A DNA stretch of 63,814 bases, counting the filler, from Dugesia japonica (taxonomy: Eukaryota): NCBI GenBank assembly GCA_001938525.1. It is 5 parts of 5 records of this genome, joined end to end, with 100 filler letters (N's around TTAATTAATTAA, not from the genome) between each part and the next. Parts side by side here need not be neighbours in the genome. Positions count along the whole stretch, not along the records: positions 33,566 to 45,987 come from MQRL01435327.1; positions 46,088 to 54,995 come from MQRL01634071.1; 3 more parts are not named here. One strand, 5' to 3'. How positions within the stretch are numbered: the stretch's first letter is position 1; each line of letters begins with the position of its first letter. Made by a program: the position numbers and the translations under genes. This document shows, one piece after another, positions 35,411 to 49,167 of the stretch. Under the pieces are notes generated by a model that was given only the letters and a program-made list of their open reading frames with translations, was not told the DNA's origin and ran no database searches.

Positions 35411-35944
35411 GTCCTTAAATAAATATAAAACATATTTATGTTTGATTAATATTTTACTAGAAAATTATTTAATCAAACTTAGTCCAAGGAATTTTTGCGC
35501 GAGGATAAAATGGTAGCAAAGATGCTAGTATATTGTTCAGATAACAAAAAAGTTGAAGTAGAAGTAACTTTGTGGAAATGGCAGAATGTAGAGAAAGTTG
35601 AAGGAACAATGACATTATTGGATCGAATCGAGAAAAAAAAAGATCATGTTGATGCAGTTAAAAGCTACGCCAGAGTTACAAGTCAAAATTATAATAAATT
35701 TGTAAATTATATACTGAAAAGAAATTTTCCATATTTAGAGAAAAAAATTAAAATCGTGGGTATAAAGTGAATATGGGAAGAAGGTTAGTAATCAGACGAA
35801 TCTCAACATTATATATTATTTTATAAAGGTTGTTTCATTTGTCATTACGATGAATTCATAAAGATAATAAAAGCGAAAATGAAAAATAATGCTGAACAAT
35901 AGTAGGTAGATATTAGCGCACTAACACCATTTGATGTTCTTACC

Positions 35945-37244
35945 CCGGGGGGGGGGCTCGATAACAAATTACGATTATGCTAGAATTTTTTGCTAGTATT
36001 TATGTGTTAGTTTTTTTTCTAAACTTTTTGGGATCAAAATAATTTTGATCGGATATTTTTTTTCTGGATCGTAAATTTTTGATCCTGGATGTGAGTGTGT
36101 GTGGAAATTTAATTTTGAAAATTTGTGTGTTTGGGAGGTTCAGGTGGTTAATTTAAAGTAGGTCATGTAGAGGTGGTGTGTGTTTGTGATTGTGTATGTG
36201 TCTGTAAATGTGTGAGTGTAATCAATTGTGTTGTGGAGTTATTGATTTTCACTTTTTTGTTGGTTTCATGGTATGGGTTTGTTGGAAATAAAATACTATC
36301 TATGCATTGCCTAAAGGACTTATGTGGTAGGATGAATGGTTTGGTTGACAAGGGTAGGTAGCGCACTGGCACAATCGTATGAGTTATGGCGCGTTGATTT
36401 TTGAACCTTAATAAGTTTGTTGGTAGTGAAGTAATAATTTTTTGAAAAATGATGATTTTAATTAAATGATGAATTTTAATAAAAATGATGAGTGTATTAA
36501 AAATATTGATTTATATAAAACTGGATATTTTTTTACAGTCTTGATATTTTGCAAAGGATGGGGTAATCTTGATATTTTTGTAAGAGGTTGGGGCAATCTT
36601 GGCATATTATGGGCAGTCTAAAATTCCTAGGCACGTGCCGATGTGTTTCATCCCTATTGCATGTCTATTGCATTTATTATTACAACAACTAATTTTCTTT
36701 ACTTCTATCTTTTATTTTTGGGCGAAAAATTAAAAACAATTTTGGCGGGAAATTTAAATTTATATTAAATTTATTTTAAATTAACTTAAAAAATTACATA
36801 TAAAATATTTAACAGAAAAAATAGATAAACCCACCATTTTTTAATTTCAAATACAATTATGGTAATATGAAATTATAGAATCAATATATTTTTTGATTTT
36901 TTAATTTCATTACCATAAATGTATTTGAAATTAAAAACACTAATTCATATTACCATAATTATAATAATTACAATTATGGTAATATGAAATTAAGTAATCA
37001 ATATATTTATTGATTGTTTAATTTCATATTATCATAATTGTAATTATTATAATTATGGTAATATGAATATAAATTTTTAAAAAATAATTCATAAGTGTGG
37101 AACTTTTCTATAAAAAAACATATTTGCTAGAAACCTTTCATAGCAAAATGATAAAAGCATAGAACTTTTTCGTAGAAAATTCATTAAGCGAGGAAACCTT
37201 TTAAAAATAATTCTTAAGTGCGAAAATTTTCGTTGTGTTACAAC
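35945..37244. repeat. Complex repeat family, probable Maverick terminal/subterminal region
   Basis: CAGTCTTGATATTTTGC repeats, TAAAATTCC(T/C)AGCACGT, TTTGGCGGGAAATTTAAA and internal palindromes (36850-37070). Shared with 44520-44800 and 55810-56636. Lies beside Maverick capsid remnants. Confidence 0.55.
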
Positions 37245-37489
37245 CNNNNNNNNNNNNNNNNNNNNNNNNNNNNNNNNNNNNNNNNNNNNNNNNNNNNNNN
37301 NNNNNNNNNNNNNNNNNNNNNNNNNNAAAAAAAACTATTTATTATTTTAGTATTTATAAAAAAACTAAAAGTGTTAAATTTGATCAAATATAAACAAAAT
37401 CCTTAGGATTAAAAGAATCGCATTATACTCGAATACATATTGGTGATGAACAACTACAATATGAAAGTAACAAGAAACCTAGAATATTA

Positions 37490-38430
37490 AAGTGTTATAA
37501 TGAAATGTTCATCAATTGTAGTATTGTTGAACCTATTGGTGTAAGGGATGTTAATGTTCCTTTATAAAAAAGCAGTATGAATTGAAAAACATGAGACTGA
37601 TGAAGTAGTTCATATAATTGTTGATAATCCAATGTATTTGCCTATTTATTCATCATATATAAACAATATAGAAATTAATATACGTGATGATAGTGGACAA
37701 CTAATAAATTTTGCTGAAGACTCTAAAACACATTTAACGTTACATTTTAGAAAAATTAATAATAAATCCTGATAATGTATCATTTTATAGTACTAGTCAA
37801 GCAGGTGGAGAATTACCTTGCTTTCTTGGAAGATAGTATAGATCTGGTTGGCTACGAACAATAGGTAGATTTTCTTTACCTATTTTTAGACTTATTGGTT
37901 CTTCGAGAAATATAAACTCAAGACTTTACAAACGATAATTATGGTACAACATATATGCAAAATATAGTAACAAAATGTGGGATATTTGGATAATAATATG
38001 AATTGTGGAATAACACTTCAAGATTTTAAGAATAATTATCCTTTCTTTACATTTGTTCTTGCTCAAGATTTTGATATAAATCAGAGTCAATTACCTCAAC
38101 AAGGACATTTGAGATTGGATATGAAGTTTGCCAAAGCTTTAATAAGATCGAAATATGTTATAATTTATGGAGTATTCGAAAAATAAATTCAGATTAATAC
38201 CAACGGAACAGTATTAGTGTAAACAATGCTATGTATTCTTGAAACAATGGCAGTAAAGTAAGAGTTATTGTTTAATTTATTGTTTAATTTATTAGTTATA
38301 TTCAGATTGAACGGAGTACATCAAAATTATTTGTATCACCATATTTCAGTAAACAATGCTTTGATCGTCAATACTCATGCAACGAATCTATATGGAGAAC
38401 ATTAGATAGCAATTTACAATAAAATTCGAT
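37490..38430 (+). mobile_element. Second Maverick/Polinton lineage: internally deleted remnants of penton, pX-like, major capsid and protease genes
   Basis: Penton FINCSIVEP..NPMYLPI..IEINIRDDSGQLINF..LTLHFRK (37490-37770); YSTSQAGGELPCFLG (about 37785); MCP C-terminus YPFFTFVLAQDFD..GHLRLDMKFAKAL..VIIYGVFE (37930-38222); protease LIVNTHATNLYGEH*IAIY (about 38360-38420). Confidence 0.85.
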
Positions 38431-39169
38431 ATCAAGATCCATTTACTTTATTTACTGTTTATTAAAAAGAAGAAACATTACAGATGATATATATGTTTTA
38501 TTGACCAAACAAAACTCTTGAGCCTTTATTTTACTAAGACCAAAGAAAAAAATTAATTTTCTATAATCTTATGTTATAATAAATTATTGTATGGAAATAA
38601 ACAGAATTATTATTCAAATATATTTATTAAACAATATTTACATCAAATCAGTGTAAATAAATAAAATAACGCAATAGATATCAATAAAGTTATAGTAACA
38701 AATTTGAATCTCTTTTATCTGTTCAATTCTTCCTTAATTTTGTCGATGGATATTGATCGAGCAATAAGTTCTACATAATTGTGTTAACTCATTCAACCAT
38801 TTTCGATTTTCGATAGGAATTGGATTTCGTCAACGGATCCGCTAATAATTTTTTCTCTCAATGTTTTAATTTCATTTTCCAATTGATACATATTGAAAAT
38901 ACATTTGAACTGTAAAACGGATTTATACAACGAAAACTACTGTTTTTATATAGTCGTAACGATACAAACATGCTTTTTATTTGTTAGTTTCTATTAGTCG
39001 TAACCTGTTTTAAAGGAAATGAATGATTATTATACATTTTAATTTATATAATTGGATGTAACATGTTTAAAATGAAATGATTTGTTATCTAAAATCATTT
39101 ATTCATGAACATGATGCGGGCATGCATTTTGCATGGTGACAATAGACGGTTACTATGCAAATACTACCG

Positions 39170-40735
39170 TCACAAACCTTATATAGCACGGTTGTTTTGT
39201 AAATAATAAAGGATAACTGCAAATAATACACTTATAAACACTGTACACTCAAAAACCATATACATTCATAAAAATATTTACTTAAAAGCTTTTATACAGG
39301 CCTATAAGGTATTTATACAGTAATTTTAAGTAAAATATATGAAAATATATGAAACTCATAAAACCTAAACACTTAAACACCCTATACAAACATAAAACCT
39401 ACATACTCATAAACCCTATAGATTAATAAAAATATAGACTATAAAGGTACAGCAATTTTAAGATATATACATGTAAATGTCCCACAGTCATAAATCCTAT
39501 ACACGCATAAACACTATACATTCATAAAAATATTTACTTATATAGGTTTATAAGTTATTAAGTAATTATAAGTTATATATATGTCAATGTTTCATATTCA
39601 TAAACCACATACACTCATAAACGCTATATACTCCTAAATCCTATGAACTCATAAATCCTATACACCATAAACCTTATACATTCTTAAAATATTTACTTAT
39701 ATAGGCTAATAAGTTATTTATATAGTAATTTTATGTTATATATATATGTAAAGTTTCCACACTCATAAACCCTATACACTCCTAGACCCTATGTACTCAA
39801 ATAAAACCATATACAATAATAAACATATTTACATATAAGTTTTTATATAGACTCATAATGTATTTGTACAGTAATTTTAAGTTATATATAAATGAAAATG
39901 TTCCACACTTATAAACCCTATAAACTCCTATATCCTATATACTCGAAAACCCTATAGATGTATAAAACATATTTACGTATAAATTATTTATACATAAAAA
40001 TGTTCTACACTAATAAACACTAGACTATCATAAATACTATACACTCATAAACTCTATATACTCAAAAATCCCTATACACTTATTAACTCTATACACTCAA
40101 AAGAACTCCTTACAATCATAAAAATATTTACTTAGAAGTTTTCATTTAGACTTATAATGTATTTTACAGTAATTTTAAGTTATATATTTGAAAATGTTCC
40201 ACACTCATTTATCCTATACACGCAAAAACCTTATACATTCATAAAAATATTTACTTATATAGGCTTATAAGTTATTTATGCAGTAATTTTAAGTTATAAA
40301 TATGAATATGTTCCACATAACCATAAACCTCTCAAAACCCTGTAAAACCATAAACCTTATATACTCATAAATCCTATAGATTTATAAAAATAAACTCTTT
40401 ATATTCATAATCACTATATCCTAATAAACACTATATATTCATAAAAATATGTACTTATATAGAGTATATAAAGTAATTTTAAGTTATTTATTTGAAAATT
40501 TTCCACACTTCTAAACCGTATACACTCAATTTCTATACATAAAAATATTTACTCATAAGTTTTTATACGGGCTTATTAGGTATTTTTAAGTAATTTTAAG
40601 TTTTATATGAAAATGTATCACACTCGTAAACACTTCAAACTCAAAAGCCCTATACAATCCTAAACCTTATATATTTATAAGCCCTATAGAATAATAAAAA
40701 TATAGACTTATAGGTTTTTATACAGCAACTTCAAG

Positions 40736-40766
<31 letters not shown>

Positions 40767-40950
40767 TGTTCCACACTCTCAAGCCCTATACACTCCTAAA
40801 CCCTTTATACTCATCAATCCTATACCCTCATAAATCCTATTCACACATAAACTTTACAGATTCATAAAAATATTTACTTATTAGTTATTTATACAGTAAT
40901 TTTAAGTTATACATATATGAATCTTGTCCTCACTCATAAACTCTGTAAAC
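39170..40950. repeat. Higher-order minisatellite built on a ~17-bp unit (ATAAACCCTATACACTC) plus AGTAATTTTAAGTTATA blocks
   Basis: Directly visible. A related array in reverse orientation lies at 56712-57130. Confidence 0.85.
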
Positions 40951-42019
40951 TCTATAGCTAGTGAGCTACTATGTATCTACTTACAATGCTGATAAATAAA
41001 CTTGTATTTCAAATTGTTTTTTATTAATTGCTTACTTCATTATTTACTGTTTGTTATTATCTTCTACCCGAGGAAACTTTTATATCAATTTACCCTGGAA
41101 GCATCTAATATTAAATTTACCCAAGGAAGTATCTAATATTAATATTTTTAGTGGGAATTAAGGGCTTTTAAATCCCTTAAACGTATACTTACACTGTGCG
41201 TACTTGTTATTCTTTTCAATTTATCTTTTACACTTACTTTTTGGCGATTTTACGGAATGGTAAAGACTTATCAAACTCTTGATAAGTCCAAAATTTTGCG
41301 TCGAATAATGTGCAAGATGATAACATTTATTTCAGTGGGGATACGGTTTCAGTGATTTTTAATCATGATATTCTCGATTGATACCAGATTCGATAAATTT
41401 TTAATACTTTTATTTTTTCGAAAAACTTTTTTCTTGTTAGAAATGATCCTAAGGTCATTTTGAGTCAATTGGTGCAAATATAACCAAGCGATTACGTAAA
41501 AAACTGTATGAAAATTATGACATACTTAATTCAATTACTTAGACAAATGGTCCAAGATTACATAATTTTATCGTCTCTTAAAAAGCCTGAAATTTTTAAA
41601 ATCCCATTGCGTCAGCGTGGGAGATGATTCCATGCGCCACTATCTGTTTACTCCTTTAATTTATTATATGTTACGAATAGTTTAATTTTAATTTGAAAAT
41701 TATTTTACTTTTTACTCATTTTTACTTTAGGTTTACGCTTTACTGGATCTGATTGTAATTGTAATACTACATCTTTATAATTCAGATTTTTTTATTTTCA
41801 AATAAAACAGTTAATTTTTTATTTCTTAATTGCACTTTAAAAATAATTAAAATTGTGAAAGATGAATTCCTTATACTTATTTGTACTGCCGCACCTATCG
41901 TTAATTAATATCAGATAAATATAATTCAATTAGATACATGGAATCATTGTACTGATACTCAGTTATTGAAATTAGTGAGTTGCAAAAAATTGTATAAATG
42001 AATATGTAAATAAATTTAC

Positions 42020-43669
42020 ATTTAATTTGAGTAAAATAATCGAAAAAATTTTTTCGTTTTAAAGTTAAAGAACTATCACTGAACGCTATTCTCACATGCC
42101 TAACTACTTCTGATAATTTCCCTTCAATGTTATATCCTCCTCTTCTGATTTACGTGCAGGTCTAGAAGCTATGGTATATAAAAATATACCTAAATAAGCT
42201 AACACAGTGCGAAAACTTGTTTTGGAATATAGCAATGTTAGAAATTAAATAATAAGTGAATTAGCTGAAAAAAAGATTAGTAGTCAATTTGTAGATGAAA
42301 GATTTTCTTTATCTTTTGATGAATGGACATCTCTACGAAATCGACACTATCTAATCTATCAAGACAAAATTCTAATTTTTGGAGATTAGGTTTGGCAAGG
42401 ATATACCATTGATAGTGGTCCGATTCATGCAAGGAATAAAACCGAAGTTTATATTGGTCCACTAATAAATAATGTATGAAAAATCATATCAATGTTTAGA
42501 AAGTCATCGACAAAGAATGATATATTAAAACAATATATCAAAAACGAATTTTGCAAGGATGTTGCTTTATTAAAAGACTGCAAGACTAGGTGGGGCAGTT
42601 TTCTATTAAGGCTAGAACGTTTTTATTTCCTAACAGATTGCATCAAAAAGACTTTAATTGATACAAAAAATAAAGACGAGTTACTAGATTTATCTCATGA
42701 TAAAAATCAAATGTTATTTGATATAATTAATGCGCTTGTGCCAATAAAAACAACTGTTGAAGCACTCTACTGGCAATATAGCAATCTGTTTACAGCTGAT
42801 ATTGTCTTTAATTCTATGCTAAATAAGCTTATAGATGCAAACAGTGCTATAAGTAAAAAATTATATGCATCTCTCAGACTTCGAATGGAAGAACGCCACA
42901 CAGATTTTAGGGGTTTACTTCAATACTTACATAATGCTAAAAGCAGCGTCTCGGGAATTGATTTTGTTACAGTTCCCTCTTCAATAAAATGCTGTAGGAG
43001 CAACCAGACGCTTCAAATCCCACTGCATTACGAACGTCTAATGGAAGTTTCAATTAAAATTGATTCAAAATTTAATTCAATGATTGAATCAGATTGTACA
43101 TAGAGACCATTAAGTTTAGCAGAAGAACTAGATAAAGCTATTAAAGAGGGATATGTACCAATGTAGCCTGTTTAATTTGAAACACTGTCATCAAAAATTC
43201 AGAGAGAAATGACTCTTTATGAGAATGGAGGAAGACGNGGTGATGATCTGGAAAGAACATATTTCTATCTAATGATAATAAAGCCAACCAGTGTCAAGCC
43301 AGAACGATCCTTTTCTTCAGCTACTAAAAATATGAGGCCTTTTAAATGTTAAAACCTTGAACGCATTATGTTTTTTAAAAGGTCATCTTCAGAAATAAAG
43401 GAAATAAAAAATTTTTTGTCAAATTTCATCATTTATTGTTTTTTATTTTTTTTATGGTGAAATAAAAATTGTTTTAATAAAATATTGTAATCAAATGAAT
43501 TTTTAATAGACTTTGGGGAATTATTATTCTATTTTAAATATGATACCGTTTAAGTGGAATTCATTTAAATTAAATTTCTAAGCCCGAGACTAAACCCGAG
43601 ATCCCGGGATTTGAAAAATAGAATCGCAACATACCGGGTTTGAAAATATGATGCGCTATTGCAATCTCT
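42020..43669 (+). mobile_element. hAT transposon (transposase pseudogene plus 3' TIR), lacking its BED finger in this orientation
   Basis: SFDEWTS (catalytic Asp), DCKTRWGS, IKPTSVKPERSFSSA (dimerisation domain), CCCGGG subterminal motifs, and terminus ATTGCAATCTCTA ending at 43669. Confidence 0.88.
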
Positions 43670-43855
43670 ACTTCCCACTTTAATTTTATGCACCGAGAAA
43701 AAATGCCTATGAAGGCCCTTCACGGAACCTCCAGCAATTCTCCAAATTTTCTGACAGTCTGAATATTTACATTTATTTGTCTGTCCATCTTCCCCCATTA
43801 AAAAGTGTTGCCAAATATATGAAGTACCCTTTGATAAATATTCTTTGTAAGCCAT
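43670..43855 (-). pseudogene. hAT transposase N-terminal BED zinc finger
   Basis: SYIWQHF..KCKYSDCQK..GGSVKGLHRHFFSVH (W-x-x-F, C-x4-C, H-x4-H). Confidence 0.85.
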
Positions 43856-44869
43856 GGGGTTAAAATTAATTTTAAAAAACCTAAAATTTTTAAGAGTAAC
43901 ATTAAAAATACAGAATAATTTTAATAATTTTTAGTTTAATGGTTGGAATTTAAAACAAAAAATAAGTAATTGATACAGACATTTTATACATGAGATAATT
44001 TCTACTAGTTAATTTATATAATTTACAACAAATTTAGATTTGAATTATTAATTCCTGACTTATTCTTCTAAAAACTTAAAAACACTTAAATATATATTAT
44101 GCTGTTAATTTAATTGTAATCATAATATTAATTGAAGAGTTTTTGTATGCAGCTATTATAATTGTACACAGAATTGTACCGTAATCTTTAAAGTAAATTA
44201 TTTTGGTTTAATATACTCTCTGTACAATAAAATATTTAGCCAACGGATGATTTTTTGCCTTAAAGTTAATGCTCAAGCATTATTTTATAAAACATTTTAT
44301 CGCATGCTGTTTTTTTAATCTTAATAGTTTTTTATGTACTTGTTGGATTTAGGTGGTTTGTGGCTATCGGAAGAGGCAAGATGAAGGAGGAAAAGATGAC
44401 TTAATTTTATGANTTTTTTGATTAATTTGATTGGTTAATTTTTGTAAGTAGTATATTAGGGTTAAAAATATTTTTCCTTGGGGGGGGAAAATATTTTGTT
44501 GAAAAAGTAATTAATTAATTGACTTAAGATTTAAATGAATTTTGTCTGTAACGTATGGGTGATGTAAAGATTTTTTGAAAAATTATGTTCTTTTAATAAA
44601 AATGATGTTTTATTAAGAAAATAGATGTATGTTTGGGCAGTCTTGATATGTTCCGTGCAGTTTAAAATTCCCAAGCACGTTTCGCTGTGTTGTTGTCGTG
44701 TTGAATGCCTAATAAAATAATTAAGAAAAACTATTTGCTCTAAGAAACATTTATTATTTATGAAAAAACCTTATTATTTTAGTATTTATTAAAACCTTAG
44801 TAATTTACTATTTATACAAAAAATTAATAAAAAAAAAGAACAATTATCCAGTAAAACATTTTTTCTTAG

Positions 44870-45413
44870 AACATTAGTTTTCAAAGTCTTCTGCCATTTT
44901 TAGAATTTTTTCTTTCAAGATGTCATAATGTGTCATGTTAACATAGCATGGTAAATCAAATTGTAGTTCCAGGATGAAATCGTCCATGATGAGATCTATT
45001 GTTGCTGTTCGCAAGACATGATAAAAATATTTCTCTGTGGTTAACAGCAAACAATCATCAAGAAATTCTGGAAATTTTTCATTTAATGGTTACTTCGCTA
45101 ATTATAAAAAAGTTAAATAAAATAATAATAAATTAAACTCTTACCATAATAATGTTGTTTTGTTTCATCCATATTTTCAAAATGAACACTTATAATCATC
45201 GTCATCGTCATGGCATGTGTCGTCTATCTTTTCATCATCAGGTTTTTATTCATCTTGAATGGTTTTTCTTCTTTTATTTATTTCTTCATTAATATAGATT
45301 GTCTCGTTATTTATGGATGCAATTATATTTTCTGTTTTTTCCTGGGTAATGTCATTTTCAAGACGCTTTACTCGTTGATAAGAGTTTTCAAAATAATTTT
45401 CAAAAGTATTCAT
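44870..45413 (-). pseudogene. Two-exon small acidic ORF of a repeat family, copy 1
   Basis: Exon 2 EKFPEFLDDCLLLTTEKYF..DLIMDDFILELQFDLPCYVNMTHYDILKEKIL is homologous to 58182..58415. Donor GTAAGAG at about 45145 (- strand); ATG at 45413. Confidence 0.55.
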
Positions 45414-45439
45414 TTTTTTGTAAAAAGTGCATTTATTTT

Positions 45440-45685
45440 TAAAAACACGCCCTATTTATATATAAACCTGTTAACCAATCATAACTAATAAAACGAATAC
45501 TATCGAATCATATCAATTTTAGCAAACAACAACTAATCAAAACAATTAAAAAAAATTTTAGCAAATCATATCAATTAAAATAAAGATAAACCAATAGAAG
45601 CTCAAAAATAACGAGTATGTATGCAAGGCAACTAGTATATAAGCAAAGTTTTCATAAAATTAATCGCTTTTACAACTCAAAAATG
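45440..45685. promoter_or_regulatory. Putative bidirectional promoter (CCAAT and divergent TATA-like boxes)
   Basis: CTATTTATA, AACCAATCA, ACCAATAG and AGTATATAAG lie between divergent ATGs (45413 -, 45683 +). Largely conserved at 58700-58895. Confidence 0.4.
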
Positions 45686-45909
45686 CAAGAAAATCAACTA
45701 AGAAAAACTTTTTAACAATTACTGTGGAACTAGAAAAAATTACAGAACTTCACAATTATAAAATTCTTCTTGACGACGCCGATTATATATTTCAAATAAC
45801 CAAAATTAACTAGCTCACCGATTACACAGATGTGCAATGGGTAAATTTGTTACTATTTTTAGAATTAACTAGATAATGTAGTTTTATATTACACAAATGC
45901 ACAGTAGGT

Positions 45910-45987
45910 AATTTATATATATATATATACAATAAAAAAACGCAATTTCTTTAAAAAACATTTATTTTTAATACATGTTTCGGACAA
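45910..45987 (-). mobile_element. Penelope pseudo-LTR end with the 3' half of the hammerhead, cut by the scaffold end
   Basis: Reverse complement reads TTGTCCGAAACATGTATT..AATAAA..AATTGCGTTTTTT..(TA)n, matching 34104-34170. Confidence 0.75.
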
Positions 45988-46087
45988 NNNNNNNNNNNNN
46001 NNNNNNNNNNNNNNNNNNNNNNNNNNNNNNNTTAATTAATTAANNNNNNNNNNNNNNNNNNNNNNNNNNNNNNNNNNNNNNNNNNNN
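45988..46087. other. Artificial scaffold-joining spacer
   Basis: N44-TTAATTAATTAA-N44. Confidence 0.95.
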
Positions 46088-46317
46088 CTCATGACTTAAG
46101 AGATATAAACATTTGGAAGATTTTTCGATTTAATTAAAAATTTTGAGATTTAATTTAAAATAAAATTTATAATTTAAATAAATCAATAAAATTTTGATAA
46201 AATAGAAACAATTTTGTAAAAATGTTCTATAATCGTTTAAATTTATCAAAACGTCATTATACTCCCAAAGAANNNNNNNNNNNNNNNNNNNNNNNNNNNN
46301 NNNNNNNNNNNNNNNNN

Positions 46318-46410
46318 TGATCGAAGCAATTATTTTATTTAATGAAATCTCAAATGTGATTAATGGTTAAGTCCAACAATTATTCGTGCAATAATTGTAA
46401 TTATAAAAGT
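46318..46410 (+). repeat. Dispersed ~100-bp repeat, copy 3
   Basis: Matches 2030-2137. Confidence 0.7.
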
Positions 46411-47908
46411 TTTTACAGCCTCATCGATTTCTTACTCCAAATGAATTAGCTGTCTCCATGGCTTTATGTCTATTGTTTCTCTTTTTATGATTATTTGATG
46501 TTTTTTATGCTAGCTCCAGACCACACNNNNNNNNNNNNNNNNNNNNNNNNNNNNNNNNNNNNNNNNNNNNNNNNNNTGAAAATTAGTTAAAAATTAATTT
46601 TAGTAAATTTTAACAAAAATCATTAATTTCACTTTGTTTAAACTAAAATTTTAATTCCCGGTCGATTACATATTAATTGATGTAATTATCTTTATATCAC
46701 ACTCCCCTTGAAAATTTCCTAGATCCGTCGCTGAATATAAAACCAACCGAATCTTTTGCGTCCACTTTAAAATTAAATGACGCCTATTACGTTTTCCATT
46801 GCAGACAATATGGAAAATTGACTCAACAAATTATCCATGACCAGGTCTAGTGAATTCTGTCTTACTGCTGTTGACACTATGGTTGAAAAATGAAAGCAGA
46901 TCATAAATAATGNCTGAGAATGCATTACTGATAAACTTGTTATTATTGAAAAAAGAATTGTTCTATAAAATAATTTTTTAAATTATTGTTAAAAATTAAC
47001 TAAAACAACAAAATTACAAAATAATTGTCTGGTGTTTTAATAATTATAGGTCTTGCTTTATGGAATTTTTCTATAAACCATTGATTCTCCAGAATGTTCA
47101 TAAATATTTAAATTAAGTTTATTTCTTTGCATTTTTACTAAATTTTATTTCCTTTTAATTTTATTCACAAGTACTAGTTAAACCAAAGTTCTTTTGAAAG
47201 ACTTTGTATGATATAAATTTAAGTTTAATATGATTAAAAAGTTGCTATTACATATTTTAAAGTTATCTACNNNNNNNNNNNNNNNNNNNNNNNNNNNNNN
47301 NNNNNNNNNNNNNNNNNNNNNNNNNNNNNNNNNNNNNNNNNNNNNNNNNNNNNNNNNNNNNNNNNNNNNNNNNNNNNNNNNNNNNNNNNNNNNNNNNNNN
47401 NNNNNNNNNNNNNNNNNNNNNNNNNNNNNNNNNNNNNNNNNNNNNNNNNNNNNNNNNNNNNGATAGAAATACAAAGCGGTAGTGAGAAATAATTCAATTT
47501 ACAAATCAACTTTAAAATTGATATTGGTAAAAATTATTTTAAAATTCACTGGTGTGCAATAAAGATTAACGAAGATCATCATCTGAGATATAATAAATTC
47601 AGACTTTCATACCTCTACTACTGTTAAACAATCCTGAATTTATAATTTATTCATGTTGTCTCATCAGACATAAATCATTAAAATTCAAATCAGTCATTAA
47701 TTTCTCATTGGTTAGAAATTCAACCAATTATCAACCGCCTGATAACGATGGGATTTTATTATTCTTTATGCTAGCCACTTTTGGTTAACATTGATTTGGT
47801 AAGTTAATTTATTTTTTTGTTGAGATAAAAATATAAATATTCGTCTGTTGATAATTTTTATCTACTGTCAATAAACAAATCCATAGATTTTTATCAATCC
47901 CATATTGA

Positions 47909-48448
<540 letters not shown>

Positions 48449-49167
48449 TAATTAGACTAATTTATTATTGCGAATACATTTTTTTCAATAAAATCAATCA
48501 ATTTAAATTAATCATTATATTCCGATCAATTAATAATTAATTAATATCTAAAGGCAATTAATGATAAATAATTTTAGTGGAAATTACTAATATTGTATTG
48601 CAAATTCAAATGAACTCTAATCAATAATTGATTAAATATTTTCAAATATTAAATTTTTAAATAGTATATTAAAAAATATACGTAAGCTAAATGATAGAAT
48701 TATTTGGATAAATCATATTTTATTAAATTTTTTATGACATATTTAAAGAGTCGCTGGAGACTGTTTAGAAAATCTTATTTTCATTTAAATCTATTGAATA
48801 CAGAATTTGTTTGACTAACATTTAATTGAGGTGAATAAGTGTTTTAAAAAATAGACAAACATGATTGTATTAGAGAAATTAATATTTTTTATAATATCAT
48901 AAATAATTAGTTAGAGTTTCAAATCTAAAATTATCTTTTTTGATAATGTACAATTAACGATCAATGATTTTTAAAATCCAAATAAATACTTGATACCGTT
49001 ATAAAATAAGGAAATAGTTGAATAGGGAATTTCATGAATCGAATCTCTAGATAATTATAGTTTAGCAATTACAGTTTAAATGTATTTTTCCCAGAAATTA
49101 ATAACTAATTCAATATATTATAAGTAAACTTTCATTTTCTGCAAAAATTAGCGTTTATGTACCCATA

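Noticed and set aside
35495-35930. 91-aa ORF and downstream FIKGCFIC as a Gypsy integrase zinc-binding region
   Set aside because: Only a partial HHCC-like pattern with no catalytic core; insufficient evidence.
33214-38430. Treating the two capsid-bearing regions as one Maverick
   Set aside because: They are separated by an artificial spacer, lie on opposite strands, duplicate penton/MCP/protease, and have different motif styles.
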